From assembly GCF_006345805.1 (NCBI RefSeq), contig NC_043004.1, positions 85,312,001 to 85,376,000 on the forward strand: a stretch of DNA of 64,000 nucleotides, written 5' to 3'. Source of the DNA: Octopus sinensis. Its lineage: Eukaryota. Positions 53,711 to 64,000 of this stretch are shown in pieces; the first letter of the stretch is position 1, and the number at the start of each line of letters is the position of its first letter. The position numbers and the translations under genes are program-made. Under the pieces are notes generated by a model. The model made no database searches and was not told the origin of the DNA. It saw only the letters and a program-made list of their open reading frames with translations.

Positions 53711-55240
53711 AAGGCGGTGAGCTGACTGAAACTTTTGCACGCCGGGCGAAATGCGTAGCTGTATTTCGTCTGCCGCTACGTTGTGAGTTCAAATTCCGCC
53801 GAGGTCGACTTTGCCTTTCATCCTTTCGGGGTCGATAAATTAAGTACCAGTTACGCACTGGGGTCGATGTAATCGACTTAATACCTATGTCTGTCCTTGT
53901 TTGTCCCATCTATGTTTAGCCCCTTGTGGGTAATAATGAAATACGTATTTCGTCTGCCGTTACTTTCCGAGTTCAAATTCCGCCGAGGTCGACTTTGCCT
54001 TTCATCATTTCGGGGTCGATATATTAAGTACCAGTTATGCACTGGGGTCTATATAATCGACTTAATCCGTTTGTCTGTCCTTGTTTGTCCCCTCTGTGTT
54101 TAGCCCTTTATGGGCAATAAATAAATAAGAAACGTTAGCACGCCGGGCGAAATGCTTCGCGGTATTTTGTCTGCGCTACGTTTTGAGTTCAAATTCCGCC
54201 GAGGTCGACTTTGCCTTTCATACTTTCGGGGTCGATAAATAAAGTACCAGTTATGCACTGAGGTCGATATTACCGATTTAATCGCTTTGTCTCTCCTTGT
54301 TGTCCCCTCTATGTTTAGCCCCTTGTGGGCAATAAAAAATATATATTTTTTTTAAAAAGTCGGCGAGCTGACAGAAACGTTAGCACGCCGGGCGAAATGC
54401 TCAGCCTTATTTCGTCTGCCGTTATGTTCTGAGTTCCAATACCGCCGAGGTTGACTTTGCCTTTAATCCTTTCGGGGTCGATAAATAAGTACCAGTTACG
54501 CACTGGGGTCGCTATAATCGACTTAATCCGTTTGTCTGTCCTTGTTTGTCCCCTCTGTGTTTAGCCCTTTATGGGCAATAAATAAATAAGAAACGTTAGC
54601 ACGCCGGGCGAAATGCTTCGCGGTATTTTGTCTGCGCTACGTTTTGAGTTCAAATTCCGCCGAGGTCGACTTTGCCTTTCATACTTTCGGGGTCGATAAA
54701 TAAAGTACCAGTTATGCACTGAGGTCGATATTACCGATTTAATCGCTTTGTCTCTCCTTGTTGTCCCCTCTATGTTTAGCCCCTTGTGGGCAATAAAAAA
54801 TATATATTTTTTTTAAAAAGTCGGCGAGCTGACAGAAACGTTAGCACGCCGGGCGAAATGCTCAGCCTTATTTCGTCTGCCGTTATGTTCTGAGTTCCAA
54901 TACCGCCGAGGTTGACTTTGCCTTTAATCCTTTCGGGGTCGATAAATTAAGTACCAGTTACGCACTGGGGTCGCTATAATCGACTTAATCCGTTTGTCTG
55001 TCCTTGTTTGTCCTCTCTGTGTTTAGCCCCTTGTGAGTAGTAAAGAAATAGGTATTTCGTCTGCCGCTACGTTCAGAGTTCAAATTCCGCCTAGGTCGAG
55101 TTAGCCTTTCATCCTTTCGGGGTCGATAAATTAAGTACCAGTTACATTTTGGGGTCGATGTAATCGACTTAATCCCTTCTTTGTCTGTCCTTGTTTCTCT
55201 CCTCTGTGTGTAGCCCCTTGAGGGCAGTACAAAAATAAGA
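53711..55240 (+). mobile_element. Tandem array of about seven Nin/Deu-like SINE units
   Basis: Repeated cores joined at gaaata|ggtatttcg and aataa|gaaacgttagc junctions; includes a 461-bp near-exact duplication. Confidence 0.9.
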
Positions 55241-55468
55241 AACGTCGAAGCGGTGGGCATAATATTTTGCAGGATTTATTTTGATGTTTTACGATCAAAG
55301 GTCACATCCTGCGGATGTTAAATGTATTATATCATGATTTATGTCATGCATAAAATAATCATATTTGAACGTCTATGAATTTTCCTGCTGCTTATATAAT
55401 ATTACGAAATCGTCAAGAAAACTATTATTTTACAATAAAATTGACGAAGCAATTTTTCCCTTCGTATG

Positions 55469-55770
55469 TGGAGGCGCAATGGCCCAGTGGTTAGGGCAGC
55501 GGACTCGCGGTCGATTGATCGCGCTTTCGATTCCCAGTCCGGGCGTTGTGTGTGTTTATTGAGCAAAAGCACCTAAAGCTCTATGTGGCCCCAGTAGGGG
55601 TGGTGGTGACCCCTGTTGTACTCTTTCGCCCAAAATTTCTCTCACTCTTTCTTTCTGTTTTTTGAGTAACGCTGCGATGCACTGGTGTCCCGTCCAGTGG
55701 AGGGGGGACTCATACGCCATAAAAACCGGGAAACCGGGCCCATGAGCCTGGCTAGGCTTGAAAAGGACGA
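55469..55770 (+). mobile_element. Third-family SINE with an alternative 3' module
   Basis: The 5' 195 bp match 35676-35870; then gagtaacgctgcgatgcactggtgtcccgtccag...gggcccatgagcctggctagg. Confidence 0.8.
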
Positions 55771-56074
55771 AAAAAAAAGAATAACAATCAACATAGAATT
55801 ATAGTTGGTTCTCTCACTCTATCTCATTCACCAAATCTCTTACGTGCAATCATCCTGTTCCCCTAATGGCCACTCACTATTTGTCACTCTTTTTCTCTCT
55901 TAGTCTGTCTGTCTCTCTTCTATCATGTGTAAAGCATGAATAGAGATGTCATCCAACCACGATTTGTCTAAAAAAGATACAACGCATTTGCATGGTAAAG
56001 AATTCCACAATGAAACCTGTAAATGAGAAATTATGAATAACATTACCGTACTGGGCAGAATAAAATGAATAGAA

Positions 56075-56770
56075 ATTTTACTGTGGGTCAGAAACCCAGG
56101 AATCAAGCCAGAGACTAAAGGGTATTTTGTCGCTGCACATGAACAAAACATCGCCATAAGAGACTTCTAAAAATATTTACTGAAGCGGCGTATAAAAGGC
56201 CAACATAGAATAACTGGAAGCTCAGAAAAGCAATCAATAAACGTGTCTCTGGCTGCAGAAGCTTAGCCAAAATCCGGTATATAAATAGACATGACAGAGC
56301 TGGATGTATAATTCAATAGATGTTATGGCAGCATTATGGAACACGCTCAGAATAAATATGGTTCAAATACACGCCAGAAGTTTATCATAAAGAATGTCAA
56401 AGTGGTTATGCTCTGGGATATGCCGCTTTAGACAGACAGGAAGATTAACAGAGATCGTCCGACATTACTTCAAAAGATCATTAGAAACAAAGTCACCTAA
56501 TCGATGCATTAATTCCAGTAGACAGAATACGTATATCTGAACCAAAGAAAGAAAGTACACAAATATAAATATCTGGTATAAGTAATATGAAAATTTTCTG
56601 AACTGGAAACTGATTTAATATCAAGAATAATACGTGCTTTGGGAATAGGGTAAAAATATACACAGAGATATATAATGAAATGGCGATGACTGGAGCATAC
56701 GGACAACAAATCGAAAGACGCATTACTATTAAGCACAGCACATATATTATGTAGATTTCTCTGAGAATAA
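56075..56770 (+). pseudogene. Old R4/Dong C-terminal (RLE) relic
   Basis: GIKPETKGYFVAAHEQ, SGCRSLAKIRYINRHDRAG, LWDMPL*TDRKINRDRP parallel the 43750-44420 translation. Confidence 0.7.
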
Positions 56771-58899
56771 TCAAGGCAGAAAATGTGAGAAAAAATACTG
56801 CCAGTCTCCATCGTATACAGAGCTGTAGTGAAATACAGCACGAGTACATAAGACTGCTGAAATAAAACCATGTTATATTATAATATACAACAAGGATATT
56901 TTATAATGCAAATTTGATCATTAAGATCATTTCTATATTTTCCATCATTTCGCATCCATAAATCCATTTATAAATTATTGAATGCCACCTTTTAAAAATT
57001 ACTTGTATGATTTAGTAACAAGAATTACATATTGTTTGTTGACTCCAGTAATGTAATTCCTGCTTGACGTACGTTAGAGTACATAAGCAACATTTGTTGT
57101 TCTTATAACGAGGAACTATTGTTCTTGTAGGTCTAAGGAAAATGTAGCTTTGCTTTTCGTAGCTCAGGAATCATATAGCTAACGACGTGAAATGGCAGAG
57201 AAATGCATGCATCCTATGATCCGATAATGCCATTTATACCTTAATGTGATTTACGCATATTATCGGTGAGGAAGAGTTCCGCCAGGAGCTATTTATACAG
57301 CGAAATGCCTTCCGGCGACATCTGTGCCCGAACATTTTTAATATGGTCGTTCACTTTTATATTATATTTAATTCGTTTTCTGTAGCTTTTGACTGATCAT
57401 AATTTTTCGATTTAAATAGTTTTACAAATAAATAAAGAAAAATTGTGATGAGCTAGATCTGGAAAATGTGGAGCATGTATTTATTATCCTGCCTCTCCAT
57501 GATTCAGGAATATCTTTAATGATCCTTGATGTCTGAGGTCGAGAATTATTCCACCTTATTAAAAGTAGGTCGTTTTCTATCCAGTTACCGAAATTCGCCT
57601 TCAGAAGTATTAGCTTGAATCGGTTCAAATATCTGCTATAAAGAAAACAGTCGAAAACGTAAGAGAAGGTTACGATCAGTAGTTGTTAAGAACCACCACT
57701 GAACAGATGCCGCTGGTTATTGCAAGAATCCAGACTCTAAAGGGGACTGGATCAAATAAAAAAGAGGTGTAGGGAGAAAAAAGAGAGGGGGAATTTAGGG
57801 AAAGCAAATGAGATTAGGAAAAGGAAGGGAAGGAAGTGTAACAATTTATGAATGAACTTAAAAGTAAATGGTTAACCATTGTGACCACAAGAAGGGTAAA
57901 TATCTATGTATACATCGACTCCCAGAGCAAATTTAACTCACCAAGCAGAAAGAGATACTATCGCGTACTTTGTGACTATTCATAAAAATACTGTTTATAA
58001 CAACAATTAACAGCAAATAGTCACAACAACCGTGTAAGAAGGGGTTACATAAAGTAAGTGAAACAAACGCTCATTAAAAAGAAAATATAAGTGAATGCTA
58101 TAAAACACATCATCCATAAAGAAAATTATAAACATCAATAAAGCGAAATATTTGCCTGCCAGATCAAGAATTATGTGGAACTGCATGGTCTCCGTTTATT
58201 GGGAAAATGCTGCGAAGCACACGTAACATGAACTTTGTGCATGGTTTCCTCTCCATTTCTTGATTGCCATTAAAATATCACGCTTGTAATGCATGGTTAG
58301 CAAAAACAAAATCAAAAAATAAAAGGCTGATGATAAATAAATAAACAAAAATGTTAAAAGTGTGTCACGCACACCTCGAAGTCGTACGCTTGCCTCTATC
58401 AAAGAAACATGTAAATGCCGAAGAAGAAAAAGTGAAAAGAAACAAGCAAAAATTAAATATATTAGCGAATGTTAGCACATTTATAATAAACTATAAAATA
58501 ATATCTCATGGGAAGGAGAAATAGACCAACTGATAGAAAGTATAATCACTATAAAGACAAACAGTAACAAAAACTTACCAAATAAAAAGAGATAAACTCT
58601 CAGAATGTAATGTTTAGCGCACACAAAATCCACGAACCGTAACAACGCTGGAAATAACCCCCCAACGTACTGACAATACATGAAAAGGCCAAAACATCAC
58701 AAAAGTAAATAGACACAGAAAACAGAACAATAGCACAAAACGAGTATGTTGACCATGCAAGCTCCCTAGATGTTGCAAACATACATTATCGACCGCACAC
58801 ATAACAATAAAGAGAATGCATTCACATATTATTAGAGGAGAAGCCGAATAAACAATGAGGAAAAAATCTATCAGAAACAATGAACAAAAGAGAAGTGAC

Positions 58900-59400
58900 C
58901 ATAATAAAAACGAAATCAATAAAAAGGAATCAATGAAACTCCTCCCAAGCTACAAATATTTAAGCATTTTTTCCGGAAATCATTGCCAATATGGCCGTAG
59001 CGTAATTTCCTCAGTGACCATGTTAGAAACGAGAGAACATGGTTTCAATTGCAATACTGTAAATCACTGTTTGTGCAAGTCCATCGACTAACCTTAGTTC
59101 AACCGAGAAAAGGTGTATCTTTAATGAAAAGTACAGTGTAAGCATTGTGCGTATCTGATAGTAATATTTTAGAAGTGAAAATCTTGAGAGATAGATTATG
59201 AACGGAAGATTATATATCTTGGAAACAACTGAAGTAAACAATACATTCTGAGTAATGCACATTCAAATAACCAGTGTTTGGAGAATACGTATTAGGTTTC
59301 CGAAACAAATATAACATTGTGCCATGGAATGCACATACTATTGGAAAGTGTAGAAACAAATAGCGAAAAGGTATCATAAACTGATTAATATTCAGGAAAT
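58900..59400 (+). pseudogene. Possible very old R4/Dong RT relic
   Basis: LLPSYKYLSI (cf. ESYKYLGV) and a weak HGMH/RKG similarity; heavily decayed. Confidence 0.25.
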
Positions 59401-61314
59401 GATATAAGATGTGAAAGATTCGGAAGGAAAAGAAAGACAAACTCAGGATCCATACTAACTAGGGCTGAACAAAAAGAAAAAGCGCAAGCAGATTATGTAT
59501 TACTTGAATAAATTTAATCTCTAACATACGCTCAACACTTACGTTACCATTTTTTAGTTGGAATATGCTGCATTTGTTGAAGTTTACTGTGAAAATAACA
59601 AAGAATTTCATTTATGTTTTCCATTAAAATACTGTTTGGAACACGAATTACCATTTAATATAGCAATGCAAAGTTTCTATTAGACGTTTTTTCTATTTCC
59701 AAGTTTTCTAATCGCGTGATACACGTGATATAATGACCTCTTATGCGTTACTGCTTTAAGTAGGTTTGTCAAATATTTTTCACGGTGTTGAATAAAAAGC
59801 GCGAATATCATTCATGTTTGTTAACGTTTCTATGTTATACGCTTTAAAACAAACACAAAAAGTAATGAATAAGAATCAACAAAAATATCTCTGTTTTGTA
59901 TTTAGATATATTTTCTTATTGCTTTTTGTTGTTTCATTGCTTCTGCTGATGTATCAACTGTTTTATTTTAAAATTTGAAGTGAGAATGTCATACGTAGTA
60001 CAAACAAGCAACTAAATCTAAATCATTGACGTATAGTTACAAAATTTGTAGTGCAAAATTTTACGTATATTTAATGATAGTTTTGAATATTTGCCATGAA
60101 CTGCTCAATTGCAATAAATGAGGCGGATATCAGCATTTATTTGCTCTTAGATTCAGTTATCCATCACCTAAACCAAATAAATAAATATAAACACATTCTA
60201 TTTTCGTTCGGGAAATGAAAAATCAAACAGGATAACACTTTTGTTTGTGAATGCTTGCTTAAATGTGAATCAAGTATAAAATTTGTATTCGCACATTTGC
60301 AGAAAGTAGAAACTGAATGTCAAATGGTTTTCTTTAGGAAAATAATGAAAATGTTTACTGCAAACCGAAATTTGAAAAGCCGAAGTTATTCAGTAAAGAT
60401 AGTAAAATGCATATTAAAAATGTGGTAGAATGTAGTAGAATGTGTAACAGCACGTTGAACCGAATTTGAGTTGTGCAAAATGAAGGAACAAAGATGTTGC
60501 ATTTCACGATACGTAATTTTTGCAACACCCGACTTAAACTTTTGTGCCACCAGGCTTTTTCAGACGAGGAGCTGAACCAGTATATCAAATCTGTTTAGAA
60601 TTTATAAATTATTCTAAAGTATGATAAATTTAAATGCTAGTGAACTAGAGTGATAATATTATTAAAATTCTTAGTCATGTGTTAAAATCTTTAGGAATAT
60701 ATTCGGTATTTTTTAATTCTTTGTGTTAAAAATGATGAAAATTTGTATTTTCGTTCTGAAAAGCAGCGTTTCCTTTTTATCTTGCGAAACATTTGCCCTA
60801 TAATTGCAAAAGTAGGTATTTTCATTTTTTTTAAAATCATTTCCAAGCACAACGTTTTGATTTCACTGTAAGCATAATAGAAGAACAAATATACCGATAA
60901 AAAGAATACTAAATTAGAGATAATAGTAACTATAAACGCAAAGTGACGAAAGCTACTGCAAACAAAACAAAGGAACAATTTGTGAAACATAGAAAACCTG
61001 ATATTATTTACATTACTCCTTTTCAGGCTAAATATGGGTCGACGATTTTCAGCTAAAACATTATCGCTATACTATAGCAAACATAAAACTATAAACCCTA
61101 GTGCATTAATGAAGAATTGAAGTAACCATCATAATTATGTAATCATATCAACACGATATTAATTTGATTAAGTGGAAATACAAACCACATATGTCAACAA
61201 AAATACCCTGTACTCAAACTTGCATATTTGTCTGTGAAATACTTTCAAAAACATCTCCTCTGCAGTGTATTCGCAAAATACTGAACGCATTCTGCTGAAA
61301 CATATGAACATTGG

Positions 61315-61529
61315 CTCTTACACTTACTTGTTTCAATCATGTGACTGTGGCCATGATGGAGCACTGCCTCTAGTCGAGCAAATCGACCCCAGGACATATT
61401 CTTTGTAAGCCTAGTACTTATTCTATCACTCTCTTTTGCCAAACCGCTACGTAACGGGGACATAAACGCACCAACATCGGTTGTCAAGCGATGTTAGCGG
61501 GACAAACACAGACACACAAACATATACAT

Positions 61530-61571
<42 letters not shown>

Positions 61572-61731
61572 CGGGCTTCTTTCAGCTTCCATCTACCAAA
61601 TCCACTCAGAAGGCTTTGGTCGGCCCGAGGTTATAGTAGAAGATACTTGCCCAAGGTGCCACACAGTGAGACTGAATCCGGAACCATGTGGTTCGTAAGC
61701 AAGCTACTTACCATACTGCCACTCCTACGCC
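61315..61731 (-). mobile_element. Full-length composite SINE
   Basis: Reverse complement of head, CORE-like module, microsatellite and 3' module. Confidence 0.9.
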
Positions 61732-62244
61732 TATGGCTATCAAATAATCTTATAAATATGCAAGGCATTCAAATATGCGACTGATTTGAATATACAACCA
61801 CAATCTCATCGATGTCAGTTACCCACAGCTTCACAAAATATTCACTCATACATTTATGATAGATATCAACACAGTCAGATTAATAACTTTTTTCTCGTAC
61901 GTTGTTCTCCATATTCTGTATGTATTCAATGTTTATAATAAACAGTCAGAAAAAAAAATCACTATCACTAGGTGAAATTGCATGGCTGTGCAAATAATCT
62001 CCTTCTAACGTGATTTATATAAAATATGAACTACTAAGCTTAGTGTCCCACATTTTACTAGTAACAATTGATTACAACAAATAAAGCAAAATATGATTCG
62101 CAATCTCGTAAACATACATAAAATGCAGAATAGAAATAGAATGAAAATCACAAATAGAAAAGAAATTCGGATGCTAATGAGAGGCTCAGGTTTTGACAAG
62201 TGTGGCTTTATAGCTGAAATTACATACTGTGCAGAAAAATGCTT

Positions 62245-62530
62245 TTCGGGTTCGGACGCTCAGCGCGGCACCCTAGGTAAGTCACGCCTACAGTAGCTCC
62301 GCCAAGCCTTGGGAGTGAATTTGATAGACTAAAACTGCGTGGATGCCAGTTATATATATATATTCTCTTTATTTTCTCTCCTTGTTTCTTTCTGTGTTCC
62401 TTTCTGTAAAAGAGCTTAGGCTCGAAAAGTTACAGAATTTTTCACTTCCCGGGCGTTATACAAATACTTCTGTTTGTTGTCTACACCACCTGTCTTCGAC
62501 TTTTGTTGTCTTACATCCTTTCGGGTAAAC
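62245..62530 (+). mobile_element. Old composite-SINE 5' module followed by a Penelope-terminal-like module
   Basis: ggcaccctaggtaagt..ccaagccttgggagtgaatttgatagac, (TA)n, then ttctctccttgtttc..agagcttaggctcgaaa..tctacaccacctgtcttcg. Confidence 0.45.
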
Positions 62531-63129
62531 ACCTACATTGCTAGAAATAAGGACTAAACCGCTCTAATGAACATGACTGAAAACATAATCACTAACAGGG
62601 AATTAATTATCAGAAAAGCGCCGACTTAGAATTTTTAATACTGACTTCAATAGGTATTTCCTAACACCCTAGGCACATCTACTGATAATTATAATCCTCC
62701 TTTCCAGTGAAACATTGCAAACAGGTGTTTATATTAATTTTAGATATACACATTAGCGAATCGGTAGATCATCCAATAATTTGGATGACGACAATATAAA
62801 TACTAATGGCGAAGCAAGTCAGTCAAGAAAGAGCCGAACACTCGACCTGTCTAAACTGATCAGGCAACGGAATTTGCTGTAACTGACGTCAGAGAAAGAA
62901 ATCTCGATCGGCACATTTCGGACGAATGTCAGTGTATCATTCATGCGCGTTAAGTACAGCATCAGAGAGGTTTGCTCTTATTTCTAGGGTGTTTCGTAAC
63001 AGCCTAGTCACAGTTAGTGACAATTACAGAACTCCTTTTGGTCGAAAAATTGCAAATTGCTGCTTATATAAATTATATATATATATACGTGTATGTGTGT
63101 GTGTGTGTGTGTATAAGAAGTTTTTTTCC

Positions 63130-63497
63130 TCGCAACATTTTCCGGGTTGATTCCTACTGCCTGGCACCTTGAGCAAATGTCTTCTACTATAGCCTTGCGC
63201 CGACCAAAGGCTTACAAAAGGAATTTCTAGACGGAAACTGAAAGAAGACCATCGTATACATGTGATATGTGTGTGTGTGAGTGTGGGTGTATTTATGCAT
63301 CTGTTTTTGTCTTTACCACCGCTTGGCAATCGGAGTTGGTGTGTTTTCGTCCCTGTAACGCAGCAGTTCGGCTAGAGGCACTGATAGAATAAGTACTAGG
63401 TTTTATAGTTAAGTCCTGGGTTCGATACATTTGACTAAAAAGTTCTTCAAAGCGGTGCCCAAGCTTGGCCACTTACTACTGACTGAAATAAATAAAA
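63130..63497 (+). mobile_element. Diverged composite SINE
   Basis: ggcaccttgagcaaatgtcttctactatagcc..gacggaaactgaaagaagacc..gatagaataagtactagg..gcggtgccc. Confidence 0.8.
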
Positions 63498-63608
63498 CAT
63501 AATGGATATGTATATATGCATGTTTGTATGCATTTATGCATATACGTACGTGTGTATGTATGCATGTATGTATGTATGCTTGTATGTATGTATGAAGGAT
63601 TTAGTTCT

Positions 63609-63652
<44 letters not shown>

Positions 63653-64000
63653 GTGTGTTCCCTGCCGAAGTAGCAGGTTTCTAACAAAAACACGCTCCAT
63701 CATTGGAATGTAGACAACAAAAGCAATGTCACATGTTGAACTTCAGAAAAACCTTGCACATTTTTACTCTTCCACATACTGACTATATATTTAGTGTTTA
63801 ATTTCGTTGTTTTATTTTCTCAATACCCTAGCTTATTCAGAACGTCACTTAGGCGTTTACTCACACATCTAAGTGCGCCAATTGCCTTTTGTATAAATAT
63901 GAATTTATAATCTAAGCATAGATGCTGGATTTTCGAAGCAGTTATCCAGGGTTATCTCTTTGAGTTTTAAAGGGGTATTCACATTAGCAGGACAGCTGAC

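Noticed and set aside
60465-60598. Protein-like stretch ...LLCHQAFSDEELNQYIKSV*
   Set aside because: Short, no family recognised, and no reliable upstream exon.
62884-62891. Perfect CRE palindrome TGACGTCA in a CpG-containing patch
   Set aside because: A single 8-mer is near chance expectation, with no accompanying core-promoter layout.

Overview
AT-rich eukaryotic non-coding DNA. The SINE/LINE repertoire and dense microsatellites suggest a cephalopod (Octopus-like) genome; this is inference. No intact host gene, tRNA, rRNA or CRISPR array is supportable, and most ORFs in the track are microsatellite or antisense artefacts. Two young, 5'-truncated LINEs each sit inside their own microsatellite: a Tx1/L1-type ORF2 (9003-11891, minus) in (GATA)n and an R4/Dong-type RLE element (43524-45712, minus) in (TAA)n. 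Also present are Penelope RT and GIY-YIG relics, mariner and maT transposase relics, MITEs, non-autonomous Helitrons, gag-knuckle ORF1-only relics and at least four tRNA-derived SINE families. Best candidate system: a Nin/Deu-like SINE shares its 3' tail with the Tx1 LINE and has 13-19 bp TSDs. The sequence directly after its tail usually begins with a GTAT/TAT motif. That motif also occurs in the SINE's own head and in the LINE's (TATC)n target, which could explain both the microsatellite insertions and the head-to-tail SINE arrays. Other notable structures are a five-fold 28-bp reiteration at the Dong 5' junction, a 202-bp-arm inverted repeat and a decayed minimal hammerhead ribozyme.
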